Notes: generated by a model from the letters alone, not told the origin. A stretch of 32,000 bases of DNA from Gemmata obscuriglobus (GCF_008065095.1 NZ_CP042911.1:4380001-4412000); one strand, 5' to 3'. Positions 7,880-16,160 are shown, counted from the first letter of the stretch. Numbers and translations are program-made.

Positions 7880-8491
7880 TTACGGCGACGGGTAGTGAGG
7901 TACCCACGTAGCGTTAGGCTTGTCTGCCGACACACTGAACCCCCAGCCGTATACCGCCCACCACCGCCGCCACAGCTGCCGGTTCTCCGGATCGAAGTCT
8001 GCGCCACTGCGATCTCGCCCGATCTGCTGGCCGGTCAGGTACGGGAGCGCGAACGAGAAGCACATGACCCGGACCCAGCGGGGATCATCCGACCCGAGGC
8101 CGCGCACGTCGTCGGTGGGGTAGGCGTCGATCAGCAGCGGCACCGTCTCGCGATCGCCGATCGCACCGAGTACCAGAACAACCTCGTTCCGGATCGCCTC
8201 CTCACCCACGAGCCGGTGGAGCGCCGGGAGTGCGCGAGCACCCAGCCGGATCAGCTCCTTCATCGGCGGGGAGAACTGCAGCACTTCCCCGCCGGGGATG
8301 AGCGTGCCGAAGAACTGCACCCGCCCGGCCGGCTCGCGCAATCGGGCGATCAATTGCTCCACTTCCGAGTCGGGCTCCTGTGCCGAGGCCTGAGGTGGTG
8401 GTTTCATCGCGTGCACACCCCACCACAGGACCGCGGCAGCCACGGCGGAGGAGAGTGCGCACGCGCCGATGAACAGTAAGCGCTTCCGCAT
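7880..8491 (-). CDS. HEAT-repeat-like protein with N-terminal signal/anchor
   Basis: 203 aa with an MRKRLLFIGACALSSAVAAAVLWW hydrophobic N-terminus. ALPALHRLVGEEAIRNEVVLVLGAIGDRETVPLLIDA is HEAT-like. Confidence 0.75.
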   Translation of the reverse strand: MRKRLLFIGACALSSAVAAAVLWWGVHAMKPPPQASAQEPDSEVEQLIARLREPAGRVQFFGTLIPGGEVLQFSPPMKELIRLGARALPALHRLVGEEAIRNEVVLVLGAIGDRETVPLLIDAYPTDDVRGLGSDDPRWVRVMCFSFALPYLTGQQIGRDRSGADFDPENRQLWRRWWAVYGWGFSVSADKPNATWVPHYPSP

Positions 8492-8506
8492 ACCTCACCT
8501 TTTATG

Positions 8507-8597
8507 GCCGAACAATGAGCTCACCTGCACCGCCCTCACCGGATGAGCGATGGGTCACAAATCCGATGGCGGTGTCAGGTGCAGCGTCGGGTTCGGC
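8507..8597 (-). repeat. attC: attC recombination site (91 bp)
   Basis: Same architecture. Confidence 0.85.
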
Positions 8598-8618
8598 AGG
8601 CCTTTGCTCGCCCGCGGG

Positions 8619-9149
8619 TCACCCCAGCCAACGCCGCCAAAACCACAGCCACCCGACTCCGCCGCGCCGCAACTCCCGCCGCAGGAGCCGGGCGGCCGAC
8701 TGCCCGATTGGATACGTCTGGGCATGCGAACCCGGCCCGACTACGCGGACGTTGCCGCACCAGAAGCAGATCAGGAACTCGGCGACCTGACCGCCGCGGG
8801 AGGCGCGGACCGCGTAGTGCGGGTCGAAGCACAGCGCCCACCCGAGGCCCTCGCGGTTGGCCGCGACAAGCGCCTGCCCGACCGCACGCCTCCGGTCTGC
8901 GGTTGGCACCCGAGCGACGCCGCGGATACGATACCCTCGAATGAACCCTGGACCTTCTCGCATCGGCGGGTCGTCGTACTCCTCATCCTCGTCGCTCCCG
9001 TCGTGATCGGGCAGGTGAGGGTCGACGGACAGAATTTCGACCTCCTCCGGCGACGCCAAGATATCCAATACGGACGGCGGGAAGAGGAACTCGCGGTCGG
9101 GTCGCGAATTAGCCTCGAAAGGCGGTGGTTCGAGAACGTCCGCACTCAC
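8619..9149 (-). CDS. hypothetical cassette protein
   Basis: 176 aa. GGAGG plus 7 nt plus GTG 9149. Acidic central stretch (DHDGSDEDEEYDD). Confidence 0.65.
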   Translation of the reverse strand: MSADVLEPPPFEANSRPDREFLFPPSVLDILASPEEVEILSVDPHLPDHDGSDEDEEYDDPPMREGPGFIRGYRIRGVARVPTADRRRAVGQALVAANREGLGWALCFDPHYAVRASRGGQVAEFLICFWCGNVRVVGPGSHAQTYPIGQSAARLLRRELRRGGVGWLWFWRRWLG

Positions 9150-9165
9150 GTGTCGCCCTCCGGTG

Positions 9166-9257
9166 GCCGAACATAAAGCTCACCTGCACCGCCCCCTGCC
9201 AAGGGAGCGATGCCATCCAAGCTACATGGCGGTGTCAGGTGCAGCGCCGGGTTCGGC
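9166..9257 (-). repeat. attC: attC recombination site (92 bp), identical to 3573-3664
   Basis: Part of an exact cassette duplication. Confidence 0.85.
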
Positions 9258-9263
9258 GTGCCT

Positions 9264-9608
9264 TTACTCCGCGCACAGGAAACCCGCGGCCTGCCACGCC
9301 GCAAAGCTCTGGGCTACTGGCTCAAAGCAGTCCGGCGTCATTGCCCCCATGCCGACGCTGTGGACCTGCCCGTCCGCGAGCGACAGCACGAGCGCGACCC
9401 CGCCGCTGTTGTCGCCGATCATCAGGTGCCCTGGGCAGTACGCCCGCGACTCGTGGGTGTCATTCCGCTCCATCACGGCGGTGCGACCGTACACCAGCGT
9501 CCGCCCATTGGCCGCGAGGAACGACACGGCGGTGCCCGCTAGGAAGGAACGGTACGGCTCCGGCAGCGGTCGCCCGAGCCATGTCTCGACCTCTTCCAGC
9601 GACTGCAC
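9264..9608 (-). CDS. SMI1/KNR4 (SUKH-1) family immunity-like protein, copy 2 (identical to 3671..4015)
   Basis: Nucleotide sequence is identical by eye to copy 1 across ORF and attC. GTG start at 9608. Confidence 0.8.
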   Translation of the reverse strand: MQSLEEVETWLGRPLPEPYRSFLAGTAVSFLAANGRTLVYGRTAVMERNDTHESRAYCPGHLMIGDNSGGVALVLSLADGQVHSVGMGAMTPDCFEPVAQSFAAWQAAGFLCAE

Positions 9609-9626
9609 GCCCTGCGCCCTCCGGTG

Positions 9627-9716
9627 GCCGAACGGACAGCTCACCTGCACCGCCATGCCCCCTTTAGGCTCGCACCTGCTGACGATGGCGGTGTCAGGTG
9701 CAGCGCCGGGTTCGGC
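9627..9716 (-). repeat. attC: attC recombination site (90 bp)
   Basis: Canonical arms with a divergent loop (ATGCCCCCTTTAGGCTCGCACCTGCTGACGAT). Confidence 0.85.
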
Positions 9717-9725
9717 GGATTGGGA

Positions 9726-10427
9726 TCAGGGCATGCTTGATGACTGCGGAGCGGCTTGGGTATTCGGTGTTTGTTTGTGCTTGTCAATCTCTGCGAAGTA
9801 GCGACCGCCGAAGAACGCCACGACCGAGGCGATGCCCGCGAGAAGGACTGTGGTAACTGCCGTGATGACCGCGAGACGCTTCTTGTAGCTGTAATCCTGA
9901 GCCGTTCGCTTCGATTCTTGCGACTCTTGCCACGCGCGGCGATCCTTCTCTTGGGCTTCTTGCCACTGGCGGTTCTTCTCATCCTTCTCGTCCTGCTTGC
10001 GGTCGCGTTCATTCTGCCACTGTCGCGCCTTCTCGGCTTCGGCGGCTTGGTGAGCGCGGTTTTTGTCGGCTTCGGTCGCGTTCTTCTCTTGCACTTCTCG
10101 CGCGACCTCTCTTGCGGTAATCATTTCGGCATGCTCCTTTGGACTGTGCCCAGATTCAAATGCACAGTAATCGGAACATGCTCGCTCTGAGTTGATGGCG
10201 GCTACATACGATTTCTGCTTGTCCCGCGTATCCTCGAACTGGCGTTTGTAATCCTCTTCGGGTCCGGCGTGGCCGTGGAAACAGAACGGCGAATGTCGAG
10301 CACCAGGAAAAGAGGTTGACTTGCCGGTGCGGCGCCACTCCAAGTCAACGAGCTTCAACTCGGGGTCGTGATCCACTTTCCCGGAGAGGAACCCACAGTT
10401 AGCGCATCGGACCTTGGGCGATTCCAT
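9726..10427 (-). CDS. Cys-rich / coiled-coil / C-terminal TM protein, low-GC cassette
   Basis: Track ORF 9726..10730 is a read-through, and I place the start at ATG 10427. 233 aa. N-terminal CANCG..CFHGH..CSDYC, a central charged region with W-Q repeats (RQWQNERDRKQDEKDEKNRQWQEAQEKDRRAWQESQE), and a C-terminal helix AVITAVTTVLLAGIASVVAFFGG. Confidence 0.7.
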   Translation of the reverse strand: MESPKVRCANCGFLSGKVDHDPELKLVDLEWRRTGKSTSFPGARHSPFCFHGHAGPEEDYKRQFEDTRDKQKSYVAAINSERACSDYCAFESGHSPKEHAEMITAREVAREVQEKNATEADKNRAHQAAEAEKARQWQNERDRKQDEKDEKNRQWQEAQEKDRRAWQESQESKRTAQDYSYKKRLAVITAVTTVLLAGIASVVAFFGGRYFAEIDKHKQTPNTQAAPQSSSMP

Positions 10428-10447
10428 CCGCGCATTCCCCTCTGGTT

Positions 10448-10537
10448 GCCGAACATAAAGCTCACCGGCCGCGGTGTGAGCGACACGGTCTAAAAACAGC
10501 GCAGTATACAGCGGTCCGGTGCAGCGCCGGGTTCGGC
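10448..10537 (-). repeat. attC: attC recombination site, variant-stem class (90 bp)
   Basis: The L arms are CACCGGCCGC and GCGG(T)CCGGTG instead of CACCTGCACCGCC and GGCGGTG(T)CAGGTG, a compensatory change. The cores are retained. Confidence 0.8.
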
Positions 10538-10800
10538 CTCGGGGCACCTCCGCGGATCGCGTCCGCGCGCCACGACTGCGGTTCTGCGGTTCTGCGGAGC
10601 GCCGCGCATCCGCTGTGCCCGCGCCACCGGGGCACATCCGCAGAGCCCGAGGCCGCGACACGCGCGGACTCGTGCGGCCACCACATTCTCTCCGATGGGC
10701 CGCGGCGATGCAAGCCACCTCGTGCGACACAACCGCCTACCGTGCTGGGGACCACACGCCCACCACACCGGAGCGTGTGTCGCGTGAAGCTCGCGGCGCG
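10538..10800 (-). repeat. ORF-less cassette, subfamily b (263 bp)
   Basis: Shares its ends with the main family. The middle segment is shared only with 20562-20796 (GCCCGAGGCCGCGACA.GCGCGG ... CACCTCGTGCGACACAACCG). Confidence 0.7.
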
Positions 10801-10891
10801 GCCGAACATAAAGCTCACCTGCACCGCCATCACACGATGAGCGATGCGTCCCAGATCAGATGGCGGTGTCAAGCGCCGCGCCGGGTTCGGC
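10801..10891 (-). repeat. attC: attC recombination site, degenerate right arm (91 bp)
   Basis: The right arm reads GGCGGTGTCAAGCGCCGCGCCGGGTTCGGC, so the CAGGTGCAGC block is mutated. Confidence 0.7.
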
Positions 10892-11148
10892 TCGATGCCC
10901 TCGGCGGTTCCGGGCCATACGCTCAGCACCGCGCATCCGCTGTGCCCGCGGGACCGGTGCGGCCGAGCGGAGCGCCACCGACCCGACGCGCCGTGCCGCC
11001 GCACACCGGAGGCCAGACCCAACCGCACCTCGCGGCGATGAGCCGCGCCCGCCCCGACGGGCACCACGCGCAGCACCACACGACCGTCGGACGCGGTGCG
11101 GACCATGCGCCCACCGCCGCCGCACGCGCGCTCATGCAGCCTTGTGTG
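10892..11148 (-). repeat. ORF-less cassette, tandem-unit family (257 bp, 1 unit)
   Basis: Same family. Confidence 0.75.
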
Positions 11149-11260
11149 GCCGAACTTACAGCTCACCGGCCCGGCCACCACACCAATCACGACAACGACA
11201 CGCCGGCGAGCAGCACGAAACCAATCACGTGGCTGGGTCAGGTGCAGCGCCAGGTTCGGC
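11149..11260 (-). repeat. attC: attC recombination site, long class (112 bp)
   Basis: GCCGAAC..AGCTCACCGGCCCGGCC...GGCTGGGTCAGGTGCAGCGCCAGGTTCGGC. Related to 12828-12939. Confidence 0.75.
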
Positions 11261-11812
11261 CTAACGACCTGCGGCGACCAGTGCCTCGCGTATCCGACTC
11301 GCGACAACTTCGTCATCCCATGTGGTGGCCCGGAGGTTCGACACGACGTTGGCCGGGAGAGGGCATCCGGCCCGAACCAGAACCCGGATTGACATCGCTG
11401 CTTCACGCCGAACCTTTGGCACCGGGTCGCGCAGCAGTCCGGCGAGCGCTGGCAGTGCGGCTGCGGCAGCATCATTCGGCTCGCGGGCTTCAGGAACGAA
11501 GTGCCGCAAGGCCTCGGCTGCCGCCGCCCGATTCTTGGCGTCCGTGGCGACGAGCTGACGGATGCAGCCAACGACCGCTTCGTCCGGTGCGTCCGTTACG
11601 GACTCCGGTACCTCGGCACCGATCGCCGCAAGGGCCGCCCGGACCTCCGGGTGTACATCCGCTACGTCCGACGGATCAACGTCGTGTTCGACCAGAAGCC
11701 GAAGCAAGCCCGCGGTAACCTCCTGCCGCTGCCGCTTGTTGCGGACACGGGCTTGGATCAGCGGCCACACGTCCGCGAATAGCTCGGCTCCGGCTCGCCA
11801 CGACATCCGCAT
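11261..11812 (-). CDS. HEAT-repeat protein
   Basis: 183 aa. LAGLLRDPVPKVRREAAMSIRVL is a HEAT signature. ATG start at 11812, and the stop abuts the attC. Confidence 0.75.
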   Translation of the reverse strand: MRMSWRAGAELFADVWPLIQARVRNKRQRQEVTAGLLRLLVEHDVDPSDVADVHPEVRAALAAIGAEVPESVTDAPDEAVVGCIRQLVATDAKNRAAAAEALRHFVPEAREPNDAAAAALPALAGLLRDPVPKVRREAAMSIRVLVRAGCPLPANVVSNLRATTWDDEVVASRIREALVAAGR

Positions 11813-11822
11813 GCCTCGTCTT

Positions 11823-11913
11823 GCCGAACAAAGAGCTCACCTGCACCGCCATCATCGAATGAGCGATGCGTCACAAGTTAGCCGGCGGTGTCAGGTGCAG
11901 CGCCGGGTTCGGC
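11823..11913 (-). repeat. attC: attC recombination site (91 bp)
   Basis: Same architecture. Confidence 0.85.
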
Positions 11914-12384
11914 CCGCGGCCGCCACTGCTTGAGCTGTCGCTCATGCTCCTCAGCCTTAACTCGGCAGAGGGTAAACGCCTCGTCCAGCGACTCCACGCA
12001 CAGACCCGCATACTCGTCCCGCAACAGTGACCGGAGTGCATCACGACAACCGTCCCCAACCACGATGGCGAGCGGCCACTGGAGCTTGGTCACCCCATCG
12101 CGCCCGATCTGAGTGACCCACGCCATGTTGTCTCCCCAGCGGTACACGAGCTCACGGAAGTCGAGGACGGTACACCGTGACCACCACGCCTCCCGGGCGG
12201 CTGCGGACGCGGCGAGGATGTACTTGGCGTCCGGCGTGCCCTCGGACCCATCGCGATAGGAGCCGAAGTAGCGAACGACGAGGAACTCGGGAGGTTGGAA
12301 CTGCGGGCCATCGACGACCGCCACTTCGTGCCGCAAAGCGGAGAGGTCCGAATAGGTCACCGTTCTCAGCCGGACGTTCCCCAT
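11878..12384 (-). CDS. hypothetical cassette protein
   Basis: Track ORF 11878..12756 is a read-through. ATG 12384. The tail AEPGAAPDTAG and the stop lie inside the attC. Confidence 0.65.
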   Translation of the reverse strand: MGNVRLRTVTYSDLSALRHEVAVVDGPQFQPPEFLVVRYFGSYRDGSEGTPDAKYILAASAAAREAWWSRCTVLDFRELVYRWGDNMAWVTQIGRDGVTKLQWPLAIVVGDGCRDALRSLLRDEYAGLCVESLDEAFTLCRVKAEEHERQLKQWRPRAEPGAAPDTAG

Positions 12385-12399
12385 CCGCGCCCTCTTCCT

Positions 12400-12490
12400 G
12401 CCGAACGAATAGCTCACCTGCACCGCCATCACCGGATGAGCGGCGAGTCTCGAATCAGCGGGCGGTGTCAGGTGCAGCGCCGGGTTCGGC
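12400..12490 (-). repeat. attC: attC recombination site (91 bp)
   Basis: Same architecture. Confidence 0.85.
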
Positions 12491-12827
12491 TCGCTCACGT
12501 CCGCGCCGCGCATCCGCGCGAGCCCACCCACCGGTGCGTGCGAGCGGAGCCACCACCGCCCCTGCGCGCCGTGCCGCGGCACACCGGTGGCCGCCCACCA
12601 CCGCCACCCGCGGCGATGAGCCGCGCCCACCACCGGCGGGCACCACGCGGAGCACCACCGACCCGCACCACCGTGTCGCCGCACATCACGGACCATGCCC
12701 AACCGCACCTCGCGGCGGCGAGCCGCGCCAGACCCGATCGGCACCACGCGGAGCACGACGCGCGGGCGTCACCTTCGCGGACCACACCGTCAGCGCCGCC
12801 GCACGCGCGCTCGCGCGGCTCGGGGTG
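12491..12827 (-). repeat. ORF-less cassette, tandem-unit family (337 bp)
   Basis: Same family. Confidence 0.8.
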
Positions 12828-12939
12828 GCCGAACGAACAGCTCACCGGCCCGGCCGCGACACCAGTGTGCGGCAGAGACGCGCAGGGAGCCACGGGAAAC
12901 CGACTACGTGGCCGGGTCCGGTGCAGCGCCTGGTTCGGC
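12828..12939 (-). repeat. attC: attC recombination site, long class (112 bp)
   Basis: Related to 11149-11260. Confidence 0.75.
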
Positions 12940-12948
12940 GCCTGCGTC

Positions 12949-13815
12949 TCACTCGAAGAAGGCGGCGAGCTTGGCAGCCAGCCAGCCGCGGAACTCCGGC
13001 GTTGTCGGCGGGCAGTGCTTGCACCCGGCGATCACCTCACCGTCGGCGTGCGGGACGATCGCCCGCACCCGCCCCACGACCGCCGCGCCGGGGAACGAGA
13101 TGTCGTCGGCCGCCCCGAGCACCAGCACCGGCATTGTCAGCCGCCGCAGCTCGTCGTCGGTCGCTAGCGGCGGGATGCGGAAGTCGAACGGCATGTCCCG
13201 GATGGCGTCGCCGGTGTACCCGGCCCAGTCGGGGTCCCAGGTTGTGAACAGCGGGTCGAGCAGCCGCCGTAGGTTCCGCTCCGTCCGCCACACCCGGTAC
13301 CGGATCATCGGCAGGGCCATCTTGGTCAGCCCCTTCCAGTGTGAGCCGTTGGCGATCCCGGCGGGGACCAGCAGGGCCAGACGGCAGACCCGCTCGGGTG
13401 CCGCCGAGGCGGCCTGCCGTGCGACGAACCCGCCCCAACTCACCCCGAACAGGTTCACCGCACCGAGGCCCAGCCCGTCGAGCAGGTCCCCAAGCCACCG
13501 GGCGTGGGAGTCGTCGGTCAGGGGTAGTTTCACTTGCAGACCGCGGACCGATTGGCCCGGCAGGTCGGGGGCAACGACGCGGAACCGTTCGAGGAGGGGA
13601 CTCAGTTCGGCAACGAGGAAGGCCGAGCCGGTCCGCATGGCATGCAGGCAGACGAGCGGCGGACCATCAGTGCGACCGGCGAGTAGCACTTGATTCGGCC
13701 CGTACCGCGTCGGCACCTCGCGGCTCTCGACCGAACCCAGGATGCGGTCCCGGAAGCGGTCGAACCACGACTCCAGTCGATCGCGAGCCACATCGTTCTT
13801 CCACGTCACGGCCAC
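12949..13815 (-). CDS. alpha/beta-fold hydrolase
   Basis: 288 aa. GVSWGG nucleophile elbow (GxSxG) after a beta-strand, with a typical ...PPLVCLHA... oxyanion region. GAGAGGG plus 7 nt plus GTG 13815. Confidence 0.85.
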   Translation of the reverse strand: MAVTWKNDVARDRLESWFDRFRDRILGSVESREVPTRYGPNQVLLAGRTDGPPLVCLHAMRTGSAFLVAELSPLLERFRVVAPDLPGQSVRGLQVKLPLTDDSHARWLGDLLDGLGLGAVNLFGVSWGGFVARQAASAAPERVCRLALLVPAGIANGSHWKGLTKMALPMIRYRVWRTERNLRRLLDPLFTTWDPDWAGYTGDAIRDMPFDFRIPPLATDDELRRLTMPVLVLGAADDISFPGAAVVGRVRAIVPHADGEVIAGCKHCPPTTPEFRGWLAAKLAAFFE

Positions 13816-13831
13816 CCGGAAGCCCTCTCTT

Positions 13832-13919
13832 GCCGAACGAACAGCTCACCTGCACCGCCACCACACGATGAGCAGTGCGTCACAATACAGCGGGCGGTGT
13901 CAGGTGCAGCGCCGGGTTC
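13832..13919 (-). repeat. attC: attC recombination site interrupted by an IS (remaining core bases at 15177-15184)
   Basis: Canonical up to ...GCAGCGCCGGGTTC, then the IS inverted repeat begins. GGTTCGGC resumes after the IS. Confidence 0.8.
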
Positions 13920-15176
13920 CAGTAGTTTCAAGTTGGCGGCTTGGTTTTGTTGGCCGATCGTGCAGTAGTAATGGACTTATTTTCGCCATCTGTAGGTGCC
14001 AGCCCATCGGCCAACAGTATCAGGCATACCGCCGCCAGTGTCCACCCGAGGCCGCGGGCTGAGCGGGACCACAACCAGGCGTTACGCAGGATCAGCCCGA
14101 CGGCCACCCACAGGAGTCGCACGACCCCATCGGTGGTCGAGGTCCGGGGCCGAACCTGCCCCAACTGGCGGTAGCTGCTCTCGATCCCGAATCGGGTCCG
14201 GTACAGGTCCCGAATCGCCACCGGGCTCCCGCTCACCCGCCACACCGCGTACAGTAACTTCTTGCTCCGCCGGCCCCCGGTCCGCCGGTACCGGTAGCTC
14301 TTGTGAGCGATCACCACGTGCACCCGCACCGAGGTGCCCCGATCCGCGTGGGTGTACGCATATCGACCCGCGCCCCGCCGCCGCACGGCCCGCAACCCGA
14401 CCCCCTTCACCCCGGGCCGGGGCTTGCGGCCCCGGACCACGGCCGGGATCACGAACGGCACACCCCGCGCCTGGAGCAACCGCATCACCGCGATCGAGAA
14501 GAACGCCTTGTCCAGCAGCGCGACCCGGACCGTAACCCGTGCCGCCGTCACCTGATCCAACAGCCGGGTGAGCACCGCGGTCATCGGCTCCTTCTCGCCC
14601 ACGGCCGTCAACCCGAGCGTGTACCGGTCCGGTCCCCCGACGAGGCACGCGGTGGCGTACGTGTGGAACGTGTGGGTGCCGCCGGCCCCCTTGGACCGGG
14701 TGGTGTCCCGGTTCGGCGTCCCGAAGTACCCGATCCGGTGGTAGTCGATCGCGACCCGAGCCGCCCGCTTCCGCTTGCCGAGCGGGGCGTGGAGGGCCGG
14801 CCGCAACCGCCGCTCGAGGGTGCGGCGCCGCTTGGGCAGCGTGAGGTACAAGCAATCCCAGATGGCCTGCCCGGACGGGGCGTCGGCGATCGCGGCACAG
14901 GCCGCGGCCACCGAGCGGGCGAACGCCGCGGCGAACAGCACCACCCGCCACACCACCTCGGGTGTACAGGTGCGGCGACGCTTGGGCAGTTGGACCGCAC
15001 GGCCGAGCCAGTCGGTCAGGACCGGACGGAGGTGCCGGGTGGCGTGGGCCGGGGTGGCTCGGATAGACTGACGTTTGGGTCGCATGGGGGCTCCGACAGT
15101 GGAGGCGTGGTAACCACCATTGACCGGTAAACCCATGCGGCCCGCTACTCATAAATCGCCCAACTTGAAACTACTG
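13920..15176 (-). mobile_element. IS element, IS4/ISH3-like (1257 bp)
   Basis: Perfect terminal inverted repeats CAGTAGTTTCAAGTTGG / CCAACTTGAAACTACTG, flanking direct repeat GGTTC (or GTT if the repeats are 18 bp), and a single DDE transposase ORF. Confidence 0.85.
13928..15085 (-). CDS. DDE transposase (IS4 superfamily, DDE_Tnp_1-like)
   Basis: Track ORF is 13928..15136. I prefer ATG 15085 because of GGAG upstream. Motifs: VAIDYH, LLDKAFFS, and YRTRFGIESSYRQLGQ (Y-R-E signature). Confidence 0.8.
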   Translation of the reverse strand: MRPKRQSIRATPAHATRHLRPVLTDWLGRAVQLPKRRRTCTPEVVWRVVLFAAAFARSVAAACAAIADAPSGQAIWDCLYLTLPKRRRTLERRLRPALHAPLGKRKRAARVAIDYHRIGYFGTPNRDTTRSKGAGGTHTFHTYATACLVGGPDRYTLGLTAVGEKEPMTAVLTRLLDQVTAARVTVRVALLDKAFFSIAVMRLLQARGVPFVIPAVVRGRKPRPGVKGVGLRAVRRRGAGRYAYTHADRGTSVRVHVVIAHKSYRYRRTGGRRSKKLLYAVWRVSGSPVAIRDLYRTRFGIESSYRQLGQVRPRTSTTDGVVRLLWVAVGLILRNAWLWSRSARGLGWTLAAVCLILLADGLAPTDGENKSITTARSANKTKPPT

Positions 15177-15184
15177 GGTTCGGC

Positions 15185-15521
15185 TTCTGCGCTGGCAGTT
15201 GCGTTTCCGCGGAGCCCGCGCCCGCGTCGCGGTTCCGCGGGGCCACCACCGACCCGCGCCACCGTGTCGCGGCACACCGTAGGCCACCCACCACCGCACC
15301 TCGCGGCGACGAGCCGCGCCGCCCACCCACGGGCACCACGCGGAGCACCACCGACCCGCATCACCATGCCGCCGCACACCGGAGGCCGCGCCCAACCGCA
15401 CCTCGCGGCGGTGAGCCGCGCCCATCACCCCCGGGCACCACGCAGAGCCCGACCAGCGGGGCTCACCCACGCGGACCACACGTTCTGCGCCGCCCGCACG
15501 CGCGATCGAGCGACTCGGGTG
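15185..15521 (-). repeat. ORF-less cassette, tandem-unit family (337 bp)
   Basis: Same family. Confidence 0.8.
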
Positions 15522-15612
15522 GCCGAACGAACAGCTCACCTGCACCGCCATTATCGGATGAGCGGTGCGTCCCAGATCCGCGGGCGGTGTCAGGTGCAGC
15601 GCCGGGTTCGGC
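15522..15612 (-). repeat. attC: attC recombination site (91 bp)
   Basis: Same architecture. Confidence 0.85.
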
Positions 15613-15665
15613 GTGCCTTTCGCTGCTTGCGAATGGAAGGCCCCGGCACGCCAAGCGAGCCGCCC

Positions 15666-16160
15666 CTATTTGAACTCGAAGGAGGCGACGAACGCAGCGG
15701 CCTCCGTCGAGCTGACGAACTCCTTTGAACCCCGAACCATGATTGCGTAGATGCGGGTGCCGTTGACGACCAGCACGAGACGGCCATGTACCCCGTCCCT
15801 CTCGGTGAGCAGGTCCCGCGCGGGCAACTTGTCCGGCCCGAACGTGACCTCCTTCCGCTCGGTGACCTTCGCCCCGGTCCTCTTGACGAGCCCACTCTCA
15901 ACTGAGTCGTAGAACGTGCCCAGGTTCTTTAGCTCTGCCGCGGGCACCTCGCCGTAGGCCACCCCGTGAAGCGTGCCTTGGCTCTCCACGAGCACGGCGT
16001 CGAGGGAAGCGCGCCCCTTCTCATTCTTGTGCGTTTTGGCCTCCGCGCCCTTCGGGAAGGCAATCGCGAATTGCCCCTCTTTCGAGGTGTACTTCTCACC
16101 GCCAGCAGCAGCACCGGCGACGGTGATTGTCAACACGAGGGCGATGGACAGTGCCTTCAT
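15666..16160 (-). CDS. secreted protein (signal peptide)
   Basis: Track ORF 15666..16238 is a read-through. ATG 16160 gives MKALSIALVLTITVAGAAAGG... Confidence 0.7.
   Translation of the reverse strand: MKALSIALVLTITVAGAAAGGEKYTSKEGQFAIAFPKGAEAKTHKNEKGRASLDAVLVESQGTLHGVAYGEVPAAELKNLGTFYDSVESGLVKRTGAKVTERKEVTFGPDKLPARDLLTERDGVHGRLVLVVNGTRIYAIMVRGSKEFVSSTEAAAFVASFEFK

Noticed and set aside
12695-13693. Plus-strand ORF of 332 aa.
   Set aside because: It is antisense to the alpha/beta hydrolase gene, which has a clear GxSxG motif.
14082-15152. ORFs 14082..15152 (-), 14303..15130 (+) and 13996..14535 (+) inside the IS.
   Set aside because: They overlap the transposase frame 13928..15085, which alone carries DDE-type motifs. 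The others are GC-driven shadows.
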